Positions 1 through 11,270 of a stretch of 28,143 bases of DNA are shown here, one piece after another. The notes below the pieces were generated by a model. It worked only from the letters and a program-made list of their open reading frames with translations. It did not search any database and was not told the origin of the DNA. This stretch comes from Macrostomum lignano (Eukaryota), in NCBI GenBank assembly GCA_002269645.1, contig NIVC01005034.1:1-28143 (forward strand). The letters are read 5' to 3'. Both the position numbers and the translations under genes were made by a program. Each line of letters starts with the position of its first letter. Position 1 is the stretch's first letter.

Positions 1-396
1 TAAATGAAACACTGTAATTTAATAAAGTGAAGGGCTAATATCACAGAGACCCAAACCCCCTGGGGTGAACATCTTGGCCCAGGTCTCAGAAATACATTTA
101 AAACACTGATGGGCCCACAGATACTAAAATAACAGGATATATCACTCGCAAAAGTGCGATCATTTACAATATATATATATATATATATGTTTTTTGAAGC
201 TGCAACAGTCGCCACTGGCTTTCTACAATCAGACACGTTAAACTGGGATATTCATCCTGTTTTGCCGACTCTAGACTGAAGATTACAGAAGAACTTGAAA
301 AAAACCTAATCCAGTGCGTGCATAGCGAGCAATCGAGAAAAGTGGTAGCGCCCCAGCCAGGCGATAATGTTTGGCTTTCCTCTTGCCGGCTTGCGC

Positions 397-752
397 CTGA
401 CTTTGACCTCTTTCCTTACTGCTCTCTCATTGGCTGAGCTAGATTGGGCCTGCCCCTGGCTGGGTTTCGTCCGTCTGACTTTGACCTCTTTCCTTACTGC
501 TCTCTCATTGGCTGAGCTAGATTGGGCCTGCCCCTGGCTGGGTTTCGTCCGTCTGACTTTGACCTCTTTCCTTACTGCTCTCTCATTGGCTGAGCTAGAT
601 TGGGCCTGCCCCTGGCTGGGTTTCGTCCGTCTGACTTTGACCTCTTTCCTTACTGCTCTCTCATTGGCTGAGCTAGATTGGGCCTGCCTAGGCTGGGTTT
701 CGTCCGTCTGAATTTGAACTCTCTCCTTACTGCTCTCTCATTGGCTGAGTTT
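397..752. repeat. 78-bp tandem repeat, about 4.5 copies
   Basis: Unit CTGACTTTGACCTCTTTCC...GGGTTTCGTCCGT recurs at 397, 475, 553 and 631, with a partial copy from about 708. It explains ORF 367..711 (26-aa repeat). Confidence 0.95.
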
Positions 753-994
753 CGATCGCTTGTGTACATCGAGTTACATGCTTGTTGTTCATTCTTAATC
801 CAGTATGCTCTTGAGGCCAAAAACCCGGAAGAGAGGAAAGGAAATTTTAGCTACCACAATAACTTTAAGAGTGATACTGCGTCTAAAAAAAGAGCAGACG
901 CTCTAATTTTCACAACTGTAATTGCGGATGACATTTAGTTACTCTACTATCTACTAAGCATCTGTGAAATATATTGGCCTTTCTCCTTGTGCGA

Positions 995-1130
995 CTCTAT
1001 TGGCTCATTTATCCGCCTCTTTAACCCATCCAACACGACCGCGTCTTCCAATAGTGAACCCCTCTACCCCCATTTTATTGCCTTCCTCAGTCATGTACAC
1101 TGAGTGACGCTAGCCAATTTACATTATCAC
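995..1130. mobile_element. Degraded internal fragment of the MITE family at 19693-20579
   Basis: CCGCGTCTT...CCCCATTTTATTGCCTTCCTC...CATGTACACTGAGTGAC...AATTTACATTATCAC aligns by eye with 20304-20413 (CCGCGCCTT...CCCCAATTTTATTGCCATTCTC...CATGTACATTTCAGTGGAC...AATGTACATTATCGC). Confidence 0.5.
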
Positions 1131-1305
1131 TTTACTAGCAAGCAACCGAATTGCCTTTTTTCATCCAAATCAAAAATTCTGTCGTGGCATAAAAAATTAG
1201 AAATTCATGCGCACTCATATGCCCAAAATAAAGTAGACTGATTGCATTTTGCAAATAAAATTTAACAAACGACCTAACTAGTGTTTCTACTAACTAAGGC
1301 TCAAG

Positions 1306-1636
1306 TTAATCATCCAGTCCCAGCTGCAGCAGATCCGAGCCCACTATTGGCGGTGTCGGTGCAGCCGCTGCAGCCGCCGGGGAGGCCGACACGGGCCCAG
1401 ACAGTCCCAGCAGGGGATTCTCCATGCCGACAGTCACGGAGCCCAACAGGGCGGCGGCTTCGGCGTGGTCGAATCGTCTGGAATCGACGGTCAGACCAAG
1501 GCGGACCAGCGGCGGCTCCGGACTGTCGCTGCTGACGCTCGCTGACGGAGTGCCGACAGTCAGCAGCAGGGGGGCCTCCGGATGCAGCACAAAGTGGGCG
1601 AACTGAACGGCCGGCTGGTCGGAGAGGTCGCACACT
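1306..1636 (-). CDS. PDHX: PDHX/E3BP exon 3 (C-terminal inner-core domain)
   Basis: Acceptor AAATTCAG|A at 1637/1636 matches the phase-2 donor at 2425/2424. Translation VCDLSD...LLLTVG...LGLTVDSRRFD...MENP aligns with the 2-oxoacid dehydrogenase acyltransferase C-terminus. It has DSR (E3BP-type) instead of DHR. Stop TAA at 1308-1306. Confidence 0.85.
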
Positions 1637-1763
1637 CTGAATTTTTATGAAACGCGTTCGATTTTTCATTAAACCTACTAACAGTAGCTTGCAAAAACAG
1701 TAAACTAATTTTTTAAACGGTTAATGAAGAAAAAATCTTTAACAATGAATCTAGTCAATGTAT

Positions 1764-2335
1764 GGGAATTGCTGAGATTCAGTGGCTCAAGGGGGAATTG
1801 CTGAGATTCAGTGGCTCCAGGGGGAATTGCTGAGATTCAGTGGCTCAAGGGGGAATTGCTGAGATTCAGTGGCTCAAGGGGGAATTGCTGAGATTCAGTG
1901 GCTCAAGGGGGAGTTGCTGAGATTCAGTGGCTCAAGGGGGAGTTGCTGAGATTCAGTGGCTCAAAGGGGGAATTGCTGAGATTCAGTGGCTCAAAGGGGG
2001 AATTGCTGAGATTCAGTGGCTCAAAGGGGGAATTGCTGAGATTCAGTGGCTCAAGGGGGAGTTGATGAGATTCAGTGGCTCAAAGGGGGAATTGCTGAGA
2101 TTCAGTGGCTCAAGGGGGAGTTGCTGAGATTCAGTGGCTCAAGGGGGAGTTGATGAGATTCAGTGGCTCCAGGGGGAATTGCTGAGATTCAGTGGCTCAA
2201 GGGGGAATTGCTGAGATTCAGTGGCTCAAATGGGGAGTTGCTGAGAATCAGTGGCTCAAATGGGGAGTTGATGAGATTCAGTGGCTCCAGGGGGAATTGC
2301 TGAGATTCAGTGGCTCAAAAAGGGAGTTGCTGAGT
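1764..2335. repeat. 29-30-bp minisatellite (AATTGCTGAGATTCAGTGGCTCAAGGGGG), about 19 copies, in PDHX intron 2
   Basis: Period 29 at 1771/1800/1829/1858, with 30-bp variants later. It explains ORFs 1927..2127 and the start of 2192..2716. Confidence 0.95.
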
Positions 2336-2424
2336 TTAATGCCTTTTGGCCCGAGTCTAACTGTAATAAAAGCATCTGTCATGACTCATGCGATAAACAG
2401 CTCGGAGAGCGCATGCCAACTCAC

Positions 2425-3448
2425 ACAGCCGCTAGCGGGCCGGAGTCGCTGTTGGCAGACGCCGCCTCTGCCAGGCGCCTGTCAATCTCGCGCAGGCCCA
2501 TCGCTTGGGCGCGCGGCAGCCGGACTAATCTGGGCAGAGCCGGCGCCGCCAGCAGCAGGGCGCCGATGTTCACCGGATCGGCCTCGGAGCCACCGCCGGA
2601 CAGCGCGCTGGCCAGGGCGCGCACAGCCAGGGCGACAATCGAGGAGGGGGCGCCGGAGGCGGGCAGGCGCGGCCTGCAGGAGGCGGTGGCGTAGGCGTGC
2701 GGCGCGGCCGACTTGATGGCCGCCTGGAGGGCCGCCCAGTCGCGCAGGCCGGGCGCCACGGGATGGTCCAGGTAGCCCGGCTGGGTCCGCGGCTCTAGGG
2801 GCCGCATCGACGGCCGGCTGGCGGAGTCAGCGGCGGGGGCGCCGGGGACAGCGGCAGGGGCGGCGGGGACAGCGGCAGGGGTGGCGGGGACAGCGGCAAC
2901 CCCTGCAGACGGGGCGGAAGCGGCAGCAGCTACGGCAGCAGGCGGAGCGGATTTGACCTGGGCGAGAACGTCTGACTTCAGCAGGGTGCCGTGCGGCCCG
3001 GTGGCGCGCAGGTCGGCAGGGGTCAGGCGATGCAGCCGAATGAGCAGCTGGGCGGCCGGGCCGATGCGGCGAGGCGGCGAGGCTGTTGACGATAGTGGCG
3101 GCGTCGACGATGTTGAAGGCGAAGGTGAAGGCGGGGCAGCGGCAGAGGGCGGCTTATCGGCTGCAGTGGCCAGCTTGGCGGCCTCTGAAGCCACGGCTTG
3201 CCAGTCCTCGCCGGGGTCGGCCATAACGGCGATGACGTCGCCAACTGAGCCGGCGGAGCCGTCGGCGCGGAGCACCCGGGCCAGGACGCCTTCGTCGTCA
3301 AATTCGAAGGACACGACCGCCTTGTCGGTTTGAATGTCGCACAGAATGTCGCCGGGCTGCACCGTATCGCCCTCGGCTTTGTGCCACTTCACAATGGTGC
3401 CCTCGGACATTGTGGGAGACAAGGAGGGCATGCGCACGCTGGTGGAGT
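2425..3448 (-). CDS. PDHX: PDHX/E3BP exon 2 (lipoyl domain, E3-binding domain, start of inner core)
   Basis: MPSLSPTMSEGTIVKW...IQTDKAVV is a lipoyl domain with the lipoyl Lys. RIGPAAQLL...ATGPHGTLLKSDV is a peripheral subunit-binding domain. PHAYATA is also present. Acceptor has CTAAC branch, C-tract and CACAG|AC at 3448 (phase 1). Donor is GT|GTGAGT at 2425. Confidence 0.9.
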
Positions 3449-5081
3449 CTGTGCAGTTGGGGGGGGGCGGAGTAGCGGATTGTTAGAATTTGTGAGGGCG
3501 AGGCTGTTACAGAGTTCGAGTCGGATTTCTATATGGTTGCATCATATCCTACTGGCACCTTTTTGGACAAATTTAATCATTTAATCATTTTCTAGAAAAA
3601 AATTTGCTCCCAGTCATCTGTTAAATTTGTGATTCCTATCTCTCCCAGAGGCATTTCTTAGTGCAGTGTGACCTCTAGTACAGGGTGGCCATGCAGTATG
3701 CTTATGCTAGTTGTGTTCAACTCCATTGCAGAGGCCATGGCAAGGCAAAGTTACCCCACTACTTTCTGCATCACAAGAATAACATCTTCTAATACATATA
3801 GCATACAACACAATGTAGCATATTGAGACATCTGGCACTAGCATCAAGCTAGTAGGTGCACTACTTATTCTTTCTATTAACTTAAAAAAGCATTTATAGA
3901 TCTAGGAAATATGTTTTATAAAATTTTAAAATAAAGAGGACATTTAATAAACTACACTAAACACTAGAGATCATATAGGATCATTTTGAGGATTAGGAAT
4001 TTATCTTTACCTCTACTAAGACCTAATAGATTTATTAAAGACTTAGTGAAGGTTACATTTTTTGTTTTTTTATTAAAAACCAACAAAAATGTCTTACAAA
4101 AAATATTAGCCAAAATAAATCATAAATAATATAACCAAGGCAAGAAATTTCCTTATTTTGCTTTAGAACTAATATTTTATCTAAATAAAAGCCAATCCCT
4201 TCTTTACTTTTTCAATATTGGACTAAAATTTACCAATATTTAAGTTTCTAAGTAGAGCTAAGTGAGCAACATAGATTAAAAATTTTTTTTTTTAAATAGC
4301 AAAAATGTAACATTTTCCTAGTATAGACTTTAGTTTAGTAATTGTTCTTAATTTATTGTAACTGTATTGTATATACTTTTAAAGAATAAACTACAAACTA
4401 AGATTAGATATGGCTACTAAAGTTAAAATTGGATTGCTTATCAAAAAGCATAGACATCAAAATGTCAAATTTCTAATAGCATGTCTAGCAGGATGGAATT
4501 CTTGCTCGGGGGTAGGAAAATGCGCGCGCAAGTTTTTGGAGCAGCGCGCAAGTTTTTGGAGCAGCGCACAAGCATGCAAGCCAGCTATAAAAAAAGTCAT
4601 AATGCAGATCATGGCCCATGGGCTAAAAATGAAATTTCTAGTTTTTCAATTCTTATGCCGATGTAAATTAGAAATTTGTACTTTAAGTGTAAGGTAGCTT
4701 GAACACTATACTTTTTAGAGAAAATATTCTTTAAAAATTATAGGAGTTTCACTGAACTTTAAAGTAACTGTTTTTGCTAAAAACTATTATTCTTTATTTT
4801 ACTTTTGTTTAAAATTTTCTGGCAAAAACAACCTTCCAGACTATGAAAAGTAGGAGAACTTGAGTGTGTATACACTACATGGCACATAGGCCTAACCATG
4901 TTGAATGCATGTAAAAGTCAAATCCTGTCTTTGATTCTGCAGCAAACAGCTTCTTTGCAAGCGCATACAATGGAGCATGCACATACCTTCTTTAAGAGCA
5001 CGCAAGTAAACTCCTTTTCAGCATGCAAGCGCGCACAAATATGACAAGCATGCACAAACGTGTAACAACTTTTGTGCAAGA

Positions 5082-5583
5082 CCACACTCTCGAATCTGTT
5101 GTATGGTACGCCGGAAAAAATGACCCCTTACGCCATAAATTTAAGTTTATGCCAGAAAAAAATTTTGTACATGATATGTACGCCGGAACGAAATTGCAAC
5201 GTTACGCTAAATTGAAACTCACATTTTAGGTCCCTTTTCTTTTTGAGTAAAATTACCTTTTACTTTAATAAACACAAAAATCTGAGAATAAATAAATAGT
5301 AACTGTTGTATAGTGTTTCTTGTTTTGTATTTTGTTTTAACATTTTGTTTGTAAAAACATTTTTAAACATTTTTTGTACGTCAATTGAACATACAATATG
5401 TGAATACATCATTTTATATGTCTACTGCCACGCCAGACATCTGCGCCAGACACCGATACGCCGGCGCAGTGGCGCACAATTGGCATAGCTGTTGTGTTAC
5501 GCCGGATGTTATACGCCAAGCATATTTTCAGGTCTACTGTACGCCGGAATTTTCCGGCGTATATGTAAGATTCGGGAGTGGGG
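5082..5583. mobile_element. 502-bp non-autonomous TIR DNA transposon (MITE) with 8-bp TSD, in PDHX intron 1
   Basis: Perfect flanking direct repeat GTGCAAGA at 5074-5081 and 5584-5591. TIRs match 14/16 (CCACACTCTCGAATCT vs reverse complement CCCCACTCCCGAATCT). About ten TACGCC(G/A)-type motifs cluster near both ends. Confidence 0.85.
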
Positions 5584-5933
5584 GTGCAAGAATTCCATCC
5601 TGGTATGTCTACATAATCCTAACAAATATTTAACTTGTTTTAATATTGAGAAAATAGCTTAGCATTTTGCCATTTTAATGGTTCAAATTAAGCTATTTTT
5701 ACTAAATCTTAAAATATAGTCGAATTTTACTTTAAATATACTTACAATATATTTCCAAGAGAAAACTTGCAAAAACATGGCTCTTACTTAGTCTTAAGTC
5801 TTATTATCAATGGACAATGAGTGGATATGAGACAACCAACCTACAGCTAATAGGAGTCAACATATTTCTATTAATAATACCATTGAGGTAAAAAACTAAC
5901 TTTTAACATGTTTATAAACTTATTTTAACTTAC

Positions 5934-6111
5934 AACGATATTGAGGACTCTTATTGTATCCAGTATAAGTGAGACCAATTTGTTTGAGAAGTTGCTTTTG
6001 ATGGAGATGGCAATGCCATTGGATCGGTATTTGGTTTGATTTATGAAGCCGACAACACAAACTCTTGAATATAGGGCTCGCTTTTCCTCGAATAGTTATA
6101 AACGATATCAT
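5934..6111 (-). CDS. PDHX: PDHX exon 1, mitochondrial presequence-like
   Basis: ATG at 6111 gives MISFITIRGKASPIFKSLCCRLHKSNQ...YNKSPQYR, 59 aa with no D/E and rich in K/R/S/L. A perfect GTAAGT donor in phase 1 matches the acceptor at 3448. The spliced CDS is 178+1024+331=1533 nt, or 510 aa. Confidence 0.7.
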
Positions 6112-7482
6112 TTTATTAGTTGCTATTACTTTCACCAAACTAGTGTTTGCACTAATAAGTTAGCTTAACTTAAATTTATATTTTCTTGATTCAGTTCCTC
6201 GAAAATTCCGAGTTAAGATGTTGCAGTTTAAAAGGAATAAACAAAGGGTTTGCTTGTTAGAGATAAAAAACGATTAGACTCGGTTTTAGAAAAAATTAAC
6301 TGACTAATCTTTAAAACTAGAAAAGACTTGCTAATAAATATAACGTTTTAATTTTAAGATAAAATTCTCGCTGCAATCCTGAGTTAAGATGAAGGAATTA
6401 AATTTTTCGGCTTGGAATCATTTAAACCTTAATTCGACAATTGCGGTAGACAGTTTCATTATTTTTTTCAAAACATTTCGAAAAGTATATTTAAGGCTTT
6501 AAGGCCCAATATAAGCCAAAATGAGTCATCATATCGCACGATTGATATATAATGCAATGCAAAATATATGTACTAGCCGTGTAATCAAGAAAATGTTGCC
6601 ATACGTACTGGAGTGGCGGCCGGGTATAAACGTTGCTTAACATTTCTTGATGCAGATTACATTGCATAGTTTACAGGTTCATTTAGTCCTATCTAGCACA
6701 TATTTTTACATGTTTTCCGGGCGTGTCTTTTAAGCTTTCGTGTGATGTACGGTACCGTATATTGTTGCATTGGTCTGGCCCAGTGGCTCCATGTTCAATT
6801 CTCTCATTATCTTGACTTTCATAAAGTGAATCTGATGTTTACAATAACGTAATAATAATAATGCCTTACTCAATTGAAGGTACAAATACTTATCTAGATA
6901 CATATCGTAGCGCTATGCTGCTATGCTGTCTCTCTCCTTATCCTCGCTCTTGTTGGGCCGGTGGATCAAGCCGGGTTTGGGGGGCTATGGCCTTGGCCTA
7001 CGCTCCCCCGCCCGTTATAAAAGCTACATGTAGGACCAATCTTAACTTATAAGAGATAAAAAACCGTGCAAGAGTGCACATGCAGAGCATGCAAGCAATT
7101 AAATGCTAATTGACAGGACTTCAAACCTGCCAAAAAGTTTTCTGCTTTTATTCAAATAATTTTGAAACTGCTGTCAATGAAGACTGTTTGTTAAAGATAA
7201 TGGAAGCACCGGAAGTAGAAAAGCCGCGTTAATATTGCATGCAGTAGAGCTGACAGATTCATTTTTAATGGTAAATCAAATAAAAAAAGCATTTTCCCAC
7301 TACGACATGAATAGAACAATCTAATGGTTTCGATTGTAATTTACATGCAACACAGCGACCAATCAAACGGGAAAAGTTAGTTATGAATGCATCTATATTG
7401 CATTGTAAACTGGTAAAATACCGAGCCCACTTGGGAAGAGCCAATGTGGGAGAGCTTATGTAGGAAAGACCTGTCATCAATT

Positions 7483-8136
7483 TTAGCGACTGGCCTCTCC
7501 GTTGCTACTCGACACTGGCCGAGGGGTTGCCAGGTGCCGCGCCACGGCCTCCTCGCCGAGGGCGGCCAGCTGGCCGGGCGAGCAGCAGTCGTCCAGCCAG
7601 TCCAGGACGCCGTCCAGCAGGCTGCCGCAGTCGGCGGTGGCGCCCAGCCGGCTAGCAAAGGAGCCGGCCAGATGGTCCGCGACGTGCCGGAAGACGGCCA
7701 GCTTGGCAGCGTCCGCGCTCGCTCCGGCGGCTGACTGGCCGCCGTCTCGGCTGACCCGGCGCTGATAAACTCGATTGATGAGGCGCGCAGCTTCCGTCTG
7801 TTTGCGCAGGGCGGCCAGCTGTCTATCGAGCTGATCGCGCTGGCGCATCAGCGCCTCAAAGTGGCTGATGGCCGCCTGAAGGGTGGCCGCCCGGCTCGCC
7901 CGCCCAGCCGGAGACAAAGGCGCCTCTCCAGAGCCGAAGGCCGGCTCCTCGGCGCTGCTGCCGCCAGTCAGGGCGGCCAATTCGGCGTAGGCGGCCTTGA
8001 TGGAGTTGCGACGGCGCTGCTCCGACTGCGAGTGGGCGCGACGCTTCTGCAGGTCGTCGGGGCTGCCGCCACCGCCCCCGCCGCCGCCGCCGCAGCCGTG
8101 TGTCTCCGGCTGCTGCTGCGACTGCGACTTGCGACT
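7483..8136 (-). CDS. Divergent Mlx-like bHLH-ZIP protein; single coding exon, start unresolved
   Basis: Basic region KRRAHSQSEQRRRNSIK, helix 2 SRAATLQAAISHFEAL, a zipper, and an Mlx DCD-like C-terminus KLAVFRHVADHLAGSF...VLDWLDDCCSPGQL. GC content jumps at a strong acceptor (CTGAC, pyrimidine tract, TTCAG|AGT at 8136, phase 0). An alternative in-frame ATG lies at 8193. Confidence 0.8.
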   Translation of the reverse strand, partial: SRKSQSQQQPETHGCGGGGGGGGGSPDDLQKRRAHSQSEQRRRNSIKAAYAELAALTGGSSAEEPAFGSGEAPLSPAGRASRAATLQAAISHFEALMRQRDQLDRQLAALRKQTEAARLINRVYQRRVSRDGGQSAAGASADAAKLAVFRHVADHLAGSFASRLGATADCGSLLDGVLDWLDDCCSPGQLAALGEEAVARHLATPRPVSSSNGEASR

Positions 8137-9368
8137 CTGAAGTGCAAGAAGGGAAGTCAGCTCGGAGGGACTCTCAAGTGGTATAAAGTACATCCAAATC
8201 CAACTGGTACTAACATGATCTGTTTCTGTCCCTGTAGACCAAAATGCTATATTTCGACCATTAAAATTTTTCCCGCCGTGCAAGCTTTTAGCGCTACAAT
8301 TCTATACTTTCTACTTATCAGTAGATGATCTCTACAACTCCCTAAATTTATTTTCTACCCTAAACCTAAATTATTGTGCAATCTAATATAGAAACAGAAA
8401 AAAACCTTAAGTGGGCAGGTGTGCAGCCAACGGCACAGCCGCTGTGATTGTGTACTGTTAGGGGGGAGGCGCTACCCTATCACAGAGAGACAAACTAGTT
8501 CAACAGCGCACTAACCGCAGCCAACAGCATAGAAAATAAATAAAATTCACAGTCTAGGATGCCCTATTTGACAACTGCATAAAAATGATGAAATACATTT
8601 GCTTATTATATTTCCGAATGATTGGAACGCAGCTAAAGCAATATAAAGCATCAGTGAAAAAAAGAAGCTTTCTTGAATAGATGGCCGAACATAGCCATTT
8701 ATATTACTAATGTAAGTAGTGTGACTCAATTATTTCTTAGATAAATATGTCCGCAGAAGTGCAATTGAGCGCTCACAACAGGTGCTCAAACTGGTGCTCA
8801 AATTAGCACTCAGAATCGATGGGAAAAATTGCCTAGAAAAGCAGCTAAGGCAACGCCAGACACTGTGAAGCATTTAAAACTAGTAATCCAAGAGCCAGAG
8901 TTTTTAGCACAATGGACCCGCATCTGACTACTGTAACTAGTAGGAGTGAAGAGCAGAGATTAAAACCAACAAAAGACTGCAGTGAAAGTCTGCTATTAAA
9001 AAAGTAAGAATAAAACATATTGTAAGAAAATAGGAGTTAAACTCAAGAGTAAGATTCTCATTGGATTCTTTGAGACAGAGCAGAGCAGAGCAAAATAATA
9101 ATATAATTAGTTCCAAGAATGAATAGCAAACACATTGCACTATTGACAATGCCTAACTCTCTACTGAAACTGTCTTTTAAGCAGTATATAAGTAATATAG
9201 AGCAGTTTGAACCAGTATACAGAAATCTATGGAATACTCACTCCAAGCTCTACCTCCAGTCTGTTCCAACCAAAATTGTACTAGAAATTGTTAAGTCCAA
9301 CTCAACTAGCCAAGTCAGAGATTTTCACGAGCTTTGCGAAAATAATCTGGCACAGACGGCATCGTCTT

Positions 9369-9511
9369 CTAGGAGCAGCAAGACTTCTTGGAGCTCTGCG
9401 ATTGCTGGGCAGCGCCCGCGCCCAGGCTGACGGTGGAGCGCTGCTGCGGCAGGGCCCCGTGGCCCGCGTTGTCATCCCGGAGCTGTCTGGCGCTCGCGAT
9501 GCGGTAGATGC
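9369..9511 (-). CDS. RAB11: Rab11 exon 4 (hypervariable tail, C-terminal CCS prenylation motif)
   Basis: Acceptor AACCAG|GC at 9511 matches the phase-1 donor at 10334. It reads GIYRIASARQL...SSKKSCCS*, like Rab11 EIYRIVS. Stop TAG at 9371-9369. Confidence 0.85.
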
Positions 9512-9515
9512 CTGG

Positions 9516-10000
9516 TTTGGGGTCATTTGGGGTCAACTGGGGTCATTTTGTGGTCATTTGGGGTCAACTGGGGTCATTTGGTGGTCAGTTGGGGTCAACT
9601 GGGGTCATTTGGTGGTCATTTGGGGTCAACTTGGGTCATTTTGTGGTTATTTGGGGTCAACTGGGGTCATTTGGTGGTCAGTTGGGGTCAACTGGGGTCA
9701 TTTGGTGGTCATTTGGGGTCAACTGGGGTCATTTGGTGGTCATTTGGGGTCAACTGGGGTCATTTGGTGGTCAGTTGGGGTCAACTGGGGTCATTTGGTG
9801 GTCATTTGGGGTCAACTTGGGTCATTTTGTGGTCAGTTGGGGTCAACTGGGGTCATTTGGTGGTCATTTGGGGTCAACTGGGGTCATTTGGTGGTCATTT
9901 GGGGTCAACTGGGGTCATTTGGTGGTCATTTGGGGTCAACTGGGGTCATTTGGTGGTCAGTTGGGGTCAACTGGGGTCATTTAGGGGTCGTTTGGGGTCA
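9516..10000. repeat. 31-bp minisatellite (GGGGTCAACT GGGGTCATTT GGTGGTCATTT) in Rab11 intron 3
   Basis: Clear 10+10+11 subunit periodicity. It explains ORFs 9288..10169, 9508..9984 and 9527..10021. Confidence 0.95.
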
Positions 10001-10011
10001 TCTGCTGGCAG

Positions 10012-10175
10012 CGGATTCTAATGACTTTATAAAGGATTCTAATGACTTTGGGGAAGATTCAAATGACTTTGGGGAGGATTCTAATGGCTTTATGGAGGAT
10101 GCTAATGACTTTGGAGAGGATTCTAATGGCTTTATGGAGGATGCTAATGACTTTGGGGGAGGATTCTAATGGCTA
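10012..10175. repeat. 21-bp minisatellite (GATTCTAATGACTTTGGGGAG), about 7 copies
   Basis: Tandem copies directly follow the 31-bp array. On the + strand it reads DSNDFGE. Confidence 0.9.
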
Positions 10176-10315
10176 ATGACTACTGAAAAGGTTCTATTTA
10201 CTGTATATAATCAAAATATTAAAAATTTTATCCCGATATTGACAGCGAATATCCATGGCAACACGCCGGATTCCAATTACAGCCGAGTGGACTCCAAATG
10301 ACTCAGCAGGACTCA

Positions 10316-10663
<348 letters not shown>

Positions 10664-10689
10664 TCAACTGGGTATTTTTTATTCGAGAA

Positions 10690-11270
10690 CCGGATTGTTG
10701 GATTTAGGATCTGGATTCTTGGATTTGGGATCTGTATTCTAGGATTTGGGATATGGATTCTTGGATTTGGGATCTAGATTCGTGGATTTGGGATCTGGAT
10801 TCTTGGATTTGGGACCTGGATTCTTGGATTTGGGATCTGGATTTATAGATTTGGGATCTGGATTCTTGGATTTGGGATCTGGATTCTTGGATTTGGGATC
10901 TGGATTCTTGAATTTGGGATCTGGATTCTTGGATTTGGGATCTGGATTCTTGGATTTGGGATCTGGATTCTTGGATTTGGGATCTGGATTCTTGGATTTG
11001 GGATCTGTATTCTAGGATTTGTGATCTGGATTTCTGGATTTGGGATCTGGATTCTAGGATTTGGAATCTGGATTCTAGGATTTGGGATCTGGATTCTAGG
11101 ATTTGGGATCTGGATTTGTGGATTTGGGATCTGGATTCTAGGATTTGTGATCTGGATTTGTGGATTTGGGATCTGGATTCTTGGATTCGGAATCTGGATT
11201 CTTGGATTTGGGATCTGGATTCTTGGATTCGGAATCTGGATTCTTGGATTTAGGATCTGGATTCTTGACT
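10690..11270. repeat. 21-bp minisatellite (TTCTTGGATTTGGGATCTGGA) in Rab11 intron 2
   Basis: Tandem 21-mer with 20-bp variants. It explains ORFs 10746..11015, 10843..11331 and 11021..11320. Confidence 0.95.

Noticed and set aside
1281-3584. Plus-strand ORFs overlapping PDHX (1281..1535, 2281..2694, 2881..3333), and similar shadow ORFs over the Mlx genes
   Set aside because: Antisense or alternative-frame shadows of GC-rich coding exons.
4466-4678. 11-bp inverted repeat CAAATTTCTAA/TTAGAAATTTG around a short 20-bp duplication
   Set aside because: Low-complexity AT-rich match with no TSD. Likely chance.
8777-8873. Minus-strand mini-ORF MLHSVWRCLSCFSRQFF... with a phase-1 GTGAGC donor, as PDHX presequence exon (would nest Mlx-like inside PDHX)
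   Set aside because: The exon at 5934-6111 is closer, has a perfect GTAAGT donor in the right phase, and gives a full-length protein.
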